NCBI GenBank assembly: GCA_029856125.1
Contig: JAHQWJ010000139.1
Coordinates: 1-64,000 of the forward strand
Reading direction: 5' to 3'
Source of the DNA: Promethearchaeia archaeon
GTDB taxonomy: Archaea > Asgardarchaeota > Lokiarchaeia > Sigyniarchaeales > SOKP01
DNA: 64,000 bases
A program made the translations under genes and the position numbers. The notes under the pieces were generated by a model. It was not told the origin of the DNA and made no database searches. It saw only the letters and a program-made list of their open reading frames with translations. Within the stretch, counting starts at the first letter, position 1. Every line of letters begins with the position of its first letter. Of this stretch, positions 9,724 to 19,816 are shown in pieces.

Positions 9724-10815
9724 ATGTCAAAAGAAGATATTCCAATGGCTCACGCTGGAATGGCAACAGAAATTGAACTCCAGAAGAAGTACTATGAAGA
9801 CGGTAGAGTATATATATTACAGATCGAATCTACATTAAAATGTCCACAATTATGCAATTACTGTTACGCAGGTAGTTTACCGGATAGCTCAGAAGGCTTA
9901 AAATCTGACAAAATCCGGAGCTTGCTAGATTCTGCTGCAGAAATGGGAGTAAAAATGATTGATTGGTTAGGTGGTGACCCTCTTGTAAGAAAAGATTGGT
10001 ATGAGTTATGCAAATACGCTTCTGATCTAGGGTTGGTTAATAACATATGGACTAGTGGAATACCCTTAGCAAATCCTGAAGTTGCACGGAAGGCAGTTGA
10101 AGTATCAGATAAAGGATTTATATCTACTCACTTGGATACTCTTGATACTGACCTGTATAACCTAATGCATGGAGGAAAACAATACGAAAATACCTCCGAT
10201 AATATAAATCTTATTTTAAAAGGGATAAAAAACACGATGGAAGCTGGAAAAAGTCCAGGGGCAATTGTAAATTGCATCACATATACCACACCTCTATCAA
10301 ATGGAGATGCGAAAGCTATGATTTCATATTTCCAAGAAAAATTTGGAATTAAAACTTGTTTGACGCTCTTTAATCCTGTAATTCACAATACTGGCAATCC
10401 TTCTTGGGAACCGAATAATGAACAGATTAAAGATGCTTACGAACATAGAGATCGAATTAATTATCCTGACGAATCCTCTTGTGGCCCAATGGATGTTTCA
10501 AAATTTTATTGCGGAACGGTTGTATGTGTTACTGCTGAAGGTTGGTTAGTGCCTTGCTCAGTTATAAGAACTAAAGAATTTGGAAATGTTCACGATGAAA
10601 GCTTAGAATTTCTTGTAGAAAAAACTAAACAACGTTTGCTGATGTTAGATTTTAGAGATCCTTCAAAATTACCAGGAAACTGTGTTTCTTGTTCAAATAA
10701 TTCAAATTGTTTTGGTTGCCGGAGTAGTGCCTATTATTATAATGGAGACATTATGGCGCCGGATCCAAAGTGTTTTCAATTCTCAGCTAAATCAAAAAAA
10801 GCGGTAGAAGAATGA
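9724..10815 (+). CDS. Radical SAM protein with SPASM domain
   Basis: CPQLCNYC, LGGDP; C-terminal C..GWLVPC..GNV..CVSC..CFGCR..AY..GD..DPKC. Confidence 0.9.
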   Translation: MSKEDIPMAHAGMATEIELQKKYYEDGRVYILQIESTLKCPQLCNYCYAGSLPDSSEGLKSDKIRSLLDSAAEMGVKMIDWLGGDPLVRKDWYELCKYASDLGLVNNIWTSGIPLANPEVARKAVEVSDKGFISTHLDTLDTDLYNLMHGGKQYENTSDNINLILKGIKNTMEAGKSPGAIVNCITYTTPLSNGDAKAMISYFQEKFGIKTCLTLFNPVIHNTGNPSWEPNNEQIKDAYEHRDRINYPDESSCGPMDVSKFYCGTVVCVTAEGWLVPCSVIRTKEFGNVHDESLEFLVEKTKQRLLMLDFRDPSKLPGNCVSCSNNSNCFGCRSSAYYYNGDIMAPDPKCFQFSAKSKKAVEE

Positions 10816-10909
10816 TTTTAGGCTTTAAATTTATCATAAATAATATATTATTGACATGTTCTAACTTTTAGATACAATCTATATAAAAATAATACGAGGA
10901 AAAAATTCA

Positions 10910-11719
10910 ATGGTTGATCATAAACGATATGACTTTAGTGTTAATGATGTTAGTGAAGTGTATGCTGGACCTGGTGGAAAACTCTGGGAATTACTTATGG
11001 GGGAGCAAATACATGTGGGTGGTCCAGAACAAACTGATTTACTTGCTAGAAAAGCAGAAATTGATAAGGCAGGGCAAAATTTTGCTTTACTAGATATTTG
11101 TTCTGCATTGGGAGGTCCTGCAAGACATTTAGCTGAAAAATATGGAATAAAAGTAGTAGGTCTTGATATTACTCCAGAGATGGTGTTGGAAGCAAAAAAA
11201 AGAACTGAAGGAAAACCCTACGCAAGTAAGATCGAATACAGAATTGGATCAGGACTCGATATCCCAGCTCATTTAAACTCATTTGAAGTTGTTTGGGGCC
11301 AGGACGCTTGGTGCTATATACGTGATAAGGTACGTCTGATAGAAGAGACATGGCGCGTGTTAAAACCAGGAGGTACATTAGCATTTACTGATTGGATATG
11401 GGGGTCCGTAAGCGTATCAGAAGAGGAATCTGACATTTTGATGGAGTTTATGGTATTTCCCAATTTACAAACTTTAAACGGATATGCTGAGTTAATAAAG
11501 GCTACAGGTTATGAATTGGTTGAAAAGGTGGATCTTCAAGAAGACTTTGCAAATCACATGGATATTTATTTAAATATACTTCAAAAAGCTAAACCGGATA
11601 TTGAGGCTGGTTTTGGCGTCGAGCTCTATGCAGCTGCAGAAAAGGGTGTCATCGCATGGCAACAGGCAGCCCATAACAAAAAAGTAGGAAGAGGACTTTG
11701 GATAGCAAAAAAACCATAA
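10910..11719 (+). CDS. SAM-dependent methyltransferase (sarcosine/dimethylglycine N-methyltransferase-like)
   Basis: GEQIHVG, LDICSALGGPARHLA, VWGQDAW, RVLKPGG. Confidence 0.75.
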   Translation: MVDHKRYDFSVNDVSEVYAGPGGKLWELLMGEQIHVGGPEQTDLLARKAEIDKAGQNFALLDICSALGGPARHLAEKYGIKVVGLDITPEMVLEAKKRTEGKPYASKIEYRIGSGLDIPAHLNSFEVVWGQDAWCYIRDKVRLIEETWRVLKPGGTLAFTDWIWGSVSVSEEESDILMEFMVFPNLQTLNGYAELIKATGYELVEKVDLQEDFANHMDIYLNILQKAKPDIEAGFGVELYAAAEKGVIAWQQAAHNKKVGRGLWIAKKP

Positions 11720-11745
11720 ATTCAATAAATTAATTTTTTTTTTTT

Positions 11746-12561
11746 ATGATGATGAAAAAATCCGTACTTATTTTTTCAAAAGTACCCGCTATCGGATTTG
11801 TAAAGACTAGGCTTTCACAAACTACAATATTATCTGATAGTGAAGTTAATTTAATAGCGGAAGCAATGTTAAAGGATACAATTATCATAGCTTCTCGAAG
11901 TAAAGCTAATATTATTGAAATCGGATATTATCCTGAGCACAGTTTTAACAAATTAGAGAAGATTGTTGATTCAATCCAAAAAACTCATGATTTAACGATA
12001 CCTATAAGTTATCATCTACAACAAGGATCATCTTTTGATGAGAGATTTGAATCAGTTGTACAAGCATCGATCGATAATGGAAATGATTTTATAGTCGTTC
12101 TTGGAGCAGATTTACCCTATATGCCGTCTTCATTAATTAATTCAGCATTTACCCACCTTAACTTAAAGGAAAATTTAAACAATATCGTGATCGGACCTGC
12201 TGGAGAAGGTGGTGTCTATTTGGTTGGACTTTCTCGAAGTTTTATTCCAAGTTGGTTTAGAAAATTTAAACTGTTTACGGATGGAGTTGAAATTATTCAA
12301 ATTGCTAAATTTTGTAAGTTAGAAGAGATCGAGCTATATTTGTTAACACCCTTAGTTGACATAGATATTGAAGAGGATTTGGTTTCACTTCTTGCTTTTA
12401 TTGAAGTATTAAAAATAGCAGAGAATAATGATAATTTTCATTATCCACATTATACTATTAAGGCGATAGAATCTCTTGGGCTTTATATCAAGGAAATTAA
12501 GGGTAAAACTAGAGATCGCACAATAGGTAAATATAAACCAAGTGATTCCAATGCTAGTTAG
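11746..12561 (+). CDS. DUF2064/TIGR04282-like transferase (rSAM-associated transferase 1, CofC-like fold)
   Basis: FSKVP..GFVKTRL, QQG..FDERF, VLGADLP, IGPAGEGGVYLVG, DIDIEEDL. Confidence 0.8.
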   Translation: MMMKKSVLIFSKVPAIGFVKTRLSQTTILSDSEVNLIAEAMLKDTIIIASRSKANIIEIGYYPEHSFNKLEKIVDSIQKTHDLTIPISYHLQQGSSFDERFESVVQASIDNGNDFIVVLGADLPYMPSSLINSAFTHLNLKENLNNIVIGPAGEGGVYLVGLSRSFIPSWFRKFKLFTDGVEIIQIAKFCKLEEIELYLLTPLVDIDIEEDLVSLLAFIEVLKIAENNDNFHYPHYTIKAIESLGLYIKEIKGKTRDRTIGKYKPSDSNAS

Positions 12562-13363
12562 TATAATAATTATTACATTAAATGAAGTAGAAAATCTTGA
12601 ATCAACAATAAATTCATCTAAAAAGGCTGCTTTAATGAGTACGGGGAAGAAATTACCTATAGAAGTAATCGTAAGTGATGGTGGCTCAACTGATGGTACA
12701 TTAGAGCTCGCTGAAGCGTTTGCTGATAAAATTGTTCATTCCCAAAAAGGAAGATATATGCAATTGAATGCTGGGGCGAAAGCTTCCAGGGGGGATATAT
12801 TACTATTTCTACATGGTGATACGTTATTACCAAGAGGAGCAATAATAAGAATCGTCAAAATTTTTCAAGATTCTAAAGTTTTAGGAGGTGCGTTTAAGAA
12901 ACATTGGAAGTGGAGTCCAGACATTAGCTTATCAAATTTTCTCGATTTCTCCGTAAAATTTTGGCAAGGATTTGGAAATTGGTTAACGCATCTGATTAAA
13001 GAATTTCCTGGGGATAATGCCTTTTTCATTAGACGAGAAATATTTGATCAACTAAATGGATTTTCTCCTATGTGGATTTGCGAGGATTTTGATTTAAGCA
13101 GGAGACTACTAAAATATTCGAAAAAAATTGAAAGAGATTTTTTTAAAAAAATAAAGTATAAGAAGAAAATAGCGTATATTCGCACACCAGTAAAAACATC
13201 CACTAGACGATTTGAAACTTATGGTTTCTTCAAATCTGTGTATTTGTGGTTCAAAATCTATTGGCTCTGGCGAGCAGGTTTTTCTCAAGATCAACTTAGA
13301 GAACTAGTCCCTAAATACATAACCATTCCTCAACATGCTAAGCGATCTATCCTAAGGTTTTAG
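12551..13363 (+). CDS. GT2 glycosyltransferase, TIGR04283-like (rSAM-associated transferase 2)
   Basis: VSIIIITLNE, DGGSTDGT, GR..QLNAGA..SRGDILLFLHGDT, EDFDLSRRL, TSTRRF; overlaps the preceding gene. Confidence 0.8.
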   Translation: MLVSIIIITLNEVENLESTINSSKKAALMSTGKKLPIEVIVSDGGSTDGTLELAEAFADKIVHSQKGRYMQLNAGAKASRGDILLFLHGDTLLPRGAIIRIVKIFQDSKVLGGAFKKHWKWSPDISLSNFLDFSVKFWQGFGNWLTHLIKEFPGDNAFFIRREIFDQLNGFSPMWICEDFDLSRRLLKYSKKIERDFFKKIKYKKKIAYIRTPVKTSTRRFETYGFFKSVYLWFKIYWLWRAGFSQDQLRELVPKYITIPQHAKRSILRF

Positions 13364-13504
13364 AACCTAATAATCATGGATATTTTACTATAAAAAAATT
13401 ATGCTTAAACGATTTAATGGTTTCAGTTTTACTTATTATTAAAGATATAAATAAGACCTAGTAGAATAATAAATATTAGTAAGGAATTATGGAGTGAATT
13501 AACT

Positions 13505-14428
13505 ATGGTATTAGAAATTTATCAAATAGTTATCTTAATTTCAATCGGTGCACTCGTAGGAATAAGTATAAGCTTTATTGGTCAAACTGGATTAGGAATT
13601 GTACTTCCTATTGTTCTGTTATTCACTGGGGATGTGTTTTTAGCTATTGCAATAAATCTATTAAATGATTTGCTTACATCTGCTGCTGTATCAATAGGAT
13701 ATTTTAGAAAAAAACAATTTAAATTAAGGTTAGATATCTTTTTAATAATCGTTATTGGTATAGTTACCACCTTTTTCGGTGTTTTTATTTTAATGACAAC
13801 ACCTCTAGGTTCCATTTACGGGTGGTTTGTTCCAATTTTCATTATGTTCTTAGGGGTTATCTTTCTAAAGAGGGGTTTTCCTACATACGAATCTGTTAAA
13901 AAAATGGCTCAGAACTGGGCAAGTAAAACGGTAAAAAAAGGAAAAAGTGAAGAAGAGCTAACCGAATTAAATAAAAAGATCGACGAGCAGTTAACATCTG
14001 AAACAGATACTATTAAAGGATTTATATCGCGTGGCTCACGAATGTACTATATTTTAGCGATTGGTTTTGGTATTTTTGTTGGGATCAATTCAGGGTTATT
14101 TGGAGCAAGTTCTGGATTAGTTTTTGTGTTAGCACTAGTTGTAATCTATGGATACCCTCTTAAAAAAGGAGTTGGTACAGCTCTAATTCTGAGCATGATA
14201 ATTGGCTTGTGTACTTTCTCATTTTACCAAATTTTCGGTATTACTATTAAAGGACGATTCTTTTTTAATTTCGAACTTTCGTTTTATCTAGCAATCGGTT
14301 CAATTACATCTGGCATAATTGCCTCTACATATATTCAAAAATTATCTGCTAAAACGATGGGAAGGGCTGTTGGAATTGTAATCTTCGTATTAGGAACCTT
14401 GGCGCTGGTTTTTTACTTTATAACTTAA
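13505..14428 (+). CDS. Sulfite exporter TauE/SafE family membrane protein
   Basis: Two repeated hydrophobic halves with Gly-rich motifs (GQTGLG; SGLFGASSG) and KKGVGTAL. Confidence 0.7.
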   Translation: MVLEIYQIVILISIGALVGISISFIGQTGLGIVLPIVLLFTGDVFLAIAINLLNDLLTSAAVSIGYFRKKQFKLRLDIFLIIVIGIVTTFFGVFILMTTPLGSIYGWFVPIFIMFLGVIFLKRGFPTYESVKKMAQNWASKTVKKGKSEEELTELNKKIDEQLTSETDTIKGFISRGSRMYYILAIGFGIFVGINSGLFGASSGLVFVLALVVIYGYPLKKGVGTALILSMIIGLCTFSFYQIFGITIKGRFFFNFELSFYLAIGSITSGIIASTYIQKLSAKTMGRAVGIVIFVLGTLALVFYFIT

Positions 14429-14509
14429 ATTTGTCACACATCTAAACCCTATAAAAGAAGTAGATATAGATTTATATTGTCTTTAGTTTAAATCTTATTT
14501 AGGTGTAAA

Positions 14510-16039
14510 ATGAAAGAAAAAATGAATGTTTTATTTATCATTAGCGACCAGCATAGATATGACCACATGAGTTGTTCTGGAAATAAAATGTTAAAAACTC
14601 CGAACTTGGATAGATTGGCAAGCGAAGGAGTTCGATTTACAAACGCATTTTGTACAAACCCTATGTGTATGCCAAACAGAGCAACATTGTTAACGGGATT
14701 ATACCCTAATGTACATGGAGTTCGAAGCAACGGTATGATTCTTTCTCAAGATGTCCCAACAATTACTCAAACGTTAGTTGATAGAGGGTGGCACACAGCA
14801 GTTTTTGGAAAGTTGCATCATCAATTTAACACAGCTCCCTATAGAATCGGCGATAAATCTGCTGAATCTTTTTACGATTGGGTTTTCCAAAAAGAAGGGT
14901 GGTATCCCGTACGAGAGAATTTTCCTATTCCTTACTATGGGTACCAAGAAGTGGAAACTGTGATTGGACATGGAGCTTGCTTGACGGGTCATTATTTAGA
15001 TTGGTTGGAGGAAAGATCTCCAAGGCTAGCGGAGAACATGCGGAAAAGGTGGAAAAATATTGATAATTTCTTTTCTGTGTTTTCTGAACACGAATTACCT
15101 GTCGACTTATATTCGAGTGCTTATGTAACTGAACGTACTACCACTTTTTTGGAAAGGCACGCCAATGGAGATTATGGGAATAAGCCTTTCTATGTACATT
15201 GTTCATTCCCCGACCCTCATCAGTCTGTTTATCCCCCTGGAAAATATAGGAATTTGTATAAGCCTGAAGATGTTGAATTGCCAAAAAATTTCAAGGATCT
15301 AGAGAATTTGAGGAAGCATCCCTATCTAGCACCGTATATTAATGTTATGCCTGGGGCGATGTTAAGAGAAACAAATGAAGAAGAGCTTAGAAAATTCATA
15401 GCTTATACATACGGTACTGTGGTATTACTTGACGCTAGTATTGGACAGATCTTAGCGTCTTTAGAAAAATTAGGGTATGCTGACAACACAATCGTAGTAT
15501 ATAACAGTGACCACGGCGATTTAATGGGTGAGCATGGAATGCTTTTTAAAGGTCCATCAGCTTATATGGGCGTGTTTCGGATTCCTATGATTTGGAGAGT
15601 TCCTGGAATAACAAAACCTGCGGTAACAGATGCTTTAATGAGCTCTATAGACTACCCAAAGACGCTCCTAAACCTTTTAGGGATATCAAAAAGAAAACAA
15701 CCACCAGATATGCAAGGTTTTGACATGTCAGCTGTTTTAAAAGACCCCGAGAATTCTGCCAACCAACCACGAGATTGTTGCTACATTGAAAATGATGAGG
15801 AAGTTGGACCTCTGTACGAGAGATTAAGACATATAATAACAAAGGAATTTAAGTTAACTATATACGAAGGTCATAGAGATTATGGAGATCTTTTTGATAG
15901 AAAAAATGATTTAGATGAGTTGAATAACTTGTGGTACGATGAAAAATACAACGGGGTTAAATTTGAATTGGTTAACAAGCTACTCCATGAAAATCTCAGC
16001 GCACAAACTCGATATCCAAAAAGAATAGCTGGTACCTAA
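14510..16039 (+). CDS. Cys-type sulfatase, paralog of 6415..7938
   Basis: Identical N-terminus MKEKMNVLFII; CMPNRATLLTG; SDHGD. Confidence 0.9.
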   Translation: MKEKMNVLFIISDQHRYDHMSCSGNKMLKTPNLDRLASEGVRFTNAFCTNPMCMPNRATLLTGLYPNVHGVRSNGMILSQDVPTITQTLVDRGWHTAVFGKLHHQFNTAPYRIGDKSAESFYDWVFQKEGWYPVRENFPIPYYGYQEVETVIGHGACLTGHYLDWLEERSPRLAENMRKRWKNIDNFFSVFSEHELPVDLYSSAYVTERTTTFLERHANGDYGNKPFYVHCSFPDPHQSVYPPGKYRNLYKPEDVELPKNFKDLENLRKHPYLAPYINVMPGAMLRETNEEELRKFIAYTYGTVVLLDASIGQILASLEKLGYADNTIVVYNSDHGDLMGEHGMLFKGPSAYMGVFRIPMIWRVPGITKPAVTDALMSSIDYPKTLLNLLGISKRKQPPDMQGFDMSAVLKDPENSANQPRDCCYIENDEEVGPLYERLRHIITKEFKLTIYEGHRDYGDLFDRKNDLDELNNLWYDEKYNGVKFELVNKLLHENLSAQTRYPKRIAGT

Positions 16040-16090
16040 AATAATGTAATTTGTAGCTATTATCCTTTAGTTATTGTGAGAATTTTTAAT

Positions 16091-17377
16091 TTAATCTTGT
16101 TTCAATTCCTTCAATCTTTCTTTTATTTGATGAGCGGCATTATTTATAATGTTCCCTGCTATGAAAGAGGTCTCATTTTTTACTTTTTCTTTTAAGATCT
16201 TAGCTTTTAACTTAAGAGCTTCAACTAAGGTTTCTCCATTTTTCTCATCAGTTCCTTTTACAACTATATCAAGAACGTGTAAAGCAAGTTGTTTTTTATC
16301 TTCAGAGTAAAGCTTTTTAGCGTGCTCCAAATATTTTTCTTCGCTATTAATTTTTAATAATTCCTGGGCAATTTCATCCGTTTTGGCTGGAAAAAGATCA
16401 GTAGGATTTCCACTGTTATACCATCCGTGGTATAGCCTATAAGTCGCATGGATAGCGAAACGGTAACAACCGTATATACCTCTTAAAATCTTATGGTTTC
16501 TGAATTTATCGGGGTAAATTTCTAGCATTTCGTGGTAGATTTCTTCGAACCATTTACCTTCGTTTAGCCTTTTTACCACTTCATCGTGGACAAAATGCAT
16601 AACTTCTGCTGTAATTGATAAAGCATCTCTAACTTTTTCCGTGCCTTCGATAAGTCTCCCATGACCGGGAGCTAAGTATTCTGCGTTTTTTTCTCTCATT
16701 TTTTCCATTGCTATAGCCCAATCTTTAGGATATCTCTGGACCTTAAAAGGATTACCAATATTAGGGAAGGACGAAACCATTAAATCGCCTGTGCAAATAG
16801 TCTTCTTTTCAGGGACCCATAACCAAATTGAATCGTCAGTTTCTCCTATATCATGGTAAATTTCGAAATTTACATCGCCTAATTTAAATAAATGTGAAGA
16901 TTCATTTCCTCTGAGAATAATAGTAGGGATTAATGTTTCGCGAGCGGAAACAACAGCATCTTGCCCCCTACCGCTTACAGAGGCAAATTGTTGCTTATTT
17001 ATCCAATCGTGATATTTATCTAGAATTTCGTATTTCTCAAATCGTCTGATACAATTCTCGTGAGCAATTACTTCGGGCATATCCCAACCTTTTTTTCTTA
17101 TTTCTTCTATAAAAGGACCATAGCCAAAAGCGTGGTCAAAATGCCCATGTGAATAGATAATATATTTAACAGGTTTACTAGTAAAACTCCTTACTTGATC
17201 GAAAGTTTTTTGGGCGAATTGCCTAATTGGAACATCGTAAATCACTAACCCTTCTTTTGTATCAAACACACAAGTATTTGCCATGCTTGGGACAAAAACG
17301 CAGGTGTTATTTTCAAAAGTGGATGCTGGAAACCACCCAAACCAATCACTCATACCATTAGTTATTGTCGGTACCAT
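16091..17377 (-). CDS. MBL-fold hydrolase, alkyl sulfatase-like with dimerization domain
   Basis: SHGHFDH, GETDDS, CTGDL, PGHG, YRLYHGWY.GNPTDL. Confidence 0.75.
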   Translation of the reverse strand: MVPTITNGMSDWFGWFPASTFENNTCVFVPSMANTCVFDTKEGLVIYDVPIRQFAQKTFDQVRSFTSKPVKYIIYSHGHFDHAFGYGPFIEEIRKKGWDMPEVIAHENCIRRFEKYEILDKYHDWINKQQFASVSGRGQDAVVSARETLIPTIILRGNESSHLFKLGDVNFEIYHDIGETDDSIWLWVPEKKTICTGDLMVSSFPNIGNPFKVQRYPKDWAIAMEKMREKNAEYLAPGHGRLIEGTEKVRDALSITAEVMHFVHDEVVKRLNEGKWFEEIYHEMLEIYPDKFRNHKILRGIYGCYRFAIHATYRLYHGWYNSGNPTDLFPAKTDEIAQELLKINSEEKYLEHAKKLYSEDKKQLALHVLDIVVKGTDEKNGETLVEALKLKAKILKEKVKNETSFIAGNIINNAAHQIKERLKELKQD

Positions 17378-17460
17378 AAGTTAACTCCTATCATTTCAAA
17401 TTTCTTATAGAAAATAAACAAAGCTTTTTTATCAAAATTATTACATAATTAAATAATCTT

Positions 17461-19749
17461 ATGAAAAGGGCAAGAGTTATTGATAGAATTAGTGTTATAT
17501 CGATCGTTCTATTTATGTTCTTAATTCTATTTTCAAAAGTAGATTTTGTTAACGCAAACGGCACTGGACCATCCCTCACGTTCAATACAAATTTCGAAAT
17601 GAACGAATATTCCAAATTTAATGAAACTCATCAAAATTTAAATTCAATTAATATTTCATTGCCATCATCTTCATGGTCTATTCAAGATATTGAGCTTAAT
17701 TTTACTGATATAAAATTTGGAAAAGAATTAAAAATTATTGAAAGTCAAAATTACACAGGTGATTATGATCGTGTTCATTATCAACAAGGTTCTGATCGAA
17801 CTCATGGGTTGGGTGTACAACTCAAATTAACTGAACCTACTACTCTTTACGGAGTTGATCTCTATGGTAAAAAAATAGAACGAGGTGTCACGATTATAGA
17901 AGTTCAAATTAGGGGCTATGACGCACTAAATAATAAACCTAATGGTTCAGTTTATTCGACAATGGAAATAAATATATCCATTACTGAAGGATGGCATAGA
18001 CAAAACTTTTCCAGCCCTATTTTATTGCCAAAAGGCAATTATTTTTTAGTAATTAATGGTTCGGATGTTGTATCTGTTAATGACGATAAAATTTGGTGGT
18101 ATTATAACAACATTAATCCTAGTGATCCGAGTTTATACACATCTTATTACAATGAAACTGATCAATGGAGCACAGGAGTACAGAATCATACATACTTACA
18201 TAAATTGATTCAGAAAGTAGAGACTCCGGTTTATCCAGAAGAAATTAATATGACTTTAAGCATTGATAATCAAGTGTATCCGATATCTAATACTACGAGC
18301 GAAGAAGAAGGATATTTAGGAAAGACTGTAGTTGACTTCTCACCGAATAGCGACAATTACCAAATTATCGTGAACAACCAAGCTTCAGAGAGTTTACTTT
18401 TTAACGTTAGTTGTTGCGTAACTCTTTCTAATAATCTTAATTTTCCATGTTCCGTTGCAGTCCAAGATGGTACAACAAATAAGTGGAGTGTAGAACCAAT
18501 AATCTCAAGACAACCCACCAATTATAGCGTTTTGTTCAATTACCCGAGTAGCTGGGAGAATATAAGCGTATTGAGAGATGATGTTCCTATTACATTAGGT
18601 GTCATAGTAGATACAACAGATCATAAAATTATTATTTTAAACGATTCAATAACCATCGGAGCAGATTGGGAGATCGTTGCTGATTCTACTAACGTTGAGT
18701 TTGATTTAAATGTTCAAATAGCAGAATATACCTTAGGTCAAGAGATAGAATTCTTACTTCCTGTAACCTCCTTTTCTGGAACATATATTTTTATTTTGCT
18801 TGATCCTGCTGGTATACCTCAACCGAATCAGACAATAACATTCCCCTCAGCAACTCCCTTTTCTTACAGCCTTAGCTTGTCTGATCTAGAAGGATTTTAT
18901 ACTGCCTATGTGTTCTGGTTTAGTGATACTGAAACAGATGCAGGCGTTCAATCACAAATTTTTGATGTTTCCATTGCAGAACCAACGCCAACGCCAACGC
19001 CTGAATTTCCGTTTCCTTTAATAATTTTAATTAGTGTTCTTGGAGCGGTAACAGTGGGATTGGCATCATTCATAGCATACAAGAGGATCCACTCGCGTCA
19101 AAGAACTAAACTCGAAAAATTCTTGAATCAATTTACAGATATTTCAAAAATCAACGAAATCATCGTGATTGATACGAAATCTGGAATCGATGTATTCTCC
19201 CAATCGTTTGGTGGAAGAAAAATAGATACTAGCTTAATTTCAGGATTCCTGCAAGCTATTAGTAACTTTGGAACGACGATTTCAGAAACAGCAAAGGAAT
19301 CTCGTACATTGAATATAGAGTACAAGGATTCAATAGTAATGCAAACTGAATTTGTAAATTTAAAATTAATTGTAACTTTAAAAGAAAACCCTTCTGCTAA
19401 TTTTAAATTTATAATGGAAGACTTAGCTTATGATATTTATAATCAATATGGAAAAGAGATTGACGACTTCGCAGGAATTTTGAAACCATTCCACAAAATG
19501 AAAGAATTGATAGAAAAGCATTTGAAAGTTTCGTTTCTTTACCAGCTAAAAATCGCAGAAAATCCTAAGATCAAAATAAATACGTCTGAGAAAGAGATGG
19601 TTAGTAAAGCCCGAACTTTTATGAAAGAAAATAATTTCAACTATTTCTATTCGCTTTATTTAATGCCAGAAAACACCTCTTCCCCAAAAGATTATCAAAC
19701 AATTTTTAATCTGATTGAAAAAGGAATATTTCAGCCGACTGAAAAATGA
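17461..19749 (+). CDS. Single-pass membrane protein with cytoplasmic longin/roadblock-like domain; paralog of 255..2513
   Basis: Signal peptide; shared RTHG.G.Q..TEPT.LYGVDLYG and QIRGYD..NKPN; PTPTP linker and TM; LISGFLQAISNFG domain. Confidence 0.7.
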   Translation: MKRARVIDRISVISIVLFMFLILFSKVDFVNANGTGPSLTFNTNFEMNEYSKFNETHQNLNSINISLPSSSWSIQDIELNFTDIKFGKELKIIESQNYTGDYDRVHYQQGSDRTHGLGVQLKLTEPTTLYGVDLYGKKIERGVTIIEVQIRGYDALNNKPNGSVYSTMEINISITEGWHRQNFSSPILLPKGNYFLVINGSDVVSVNDDKIWWYYNNINPSDPSLYTSYYNETDQWSTGVQNHTYLHKLIQKVETPVYPEEINMTLSIDNQVYPISNTTSEEEGYLGKTVVDFSPNSDNYQIIVNNQASESLLFNVSCCVTLSNNLNFPCSVAVQDGTTNKWSVEPIISRQPTNYSVLFNYPSSWENISVLRDDVPITLGVIVDTTDHKIIILNDSITIGADWEIVADSTNVEFDLNVQIAEYTLGQEIEFLLPVTSFSGTYIFILLDPAGIPQPNQTITFPSATPFSYSLSLSDLEGFYTAYVFWFSDTETDAGVQSQIFDVSIAEPTPTPTPEFPFPLIILISVLGAVTVGLASFIAYKRIHSRQRTKLEKFLNQFTDISKINEIIVIDTKSGIDVFSQSFGGRKIDTSLISGFLQAISNFGTTISETAKESRTLNIEYKDSIVMQTEFVNLKLIVTLKENPSANFKFIMEDLAYDIYNQYGKEIDDFAGILKPFHKMKELIEKHLKVSFLYQLKIAENPKIKINTSEKEMVSKARTFMKENNFNYFYSLYLMPENTSSPKDYQTIFNLIEKGIFQPTEK

Positions 19750-19796
19750 TTTTTCTAAATACCTTAGTATTTTTATATCTTATCTCTCAGTAAAAT

Positions 19797-19810
19797 AAAA
19801 AAAAAAAAAA
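19797..19810 (-). terminator. Oligo-U tract downstream of 19817..20407
   Basis: 14-nt A run on + strand just past the stop of a minus-strand gene. Confidence 0.4.
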
Positions 19811-19816
19811 TTTGTT

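Noticed and set aside
10813-10821. Selenocysteine read-through at the rSAM TGA (the cluster family is 'selenodomain-associated')
   Set aside because: TGA is followed by TTT TAG, is not at a Cys-equivalent position, and no SECIS was recognised
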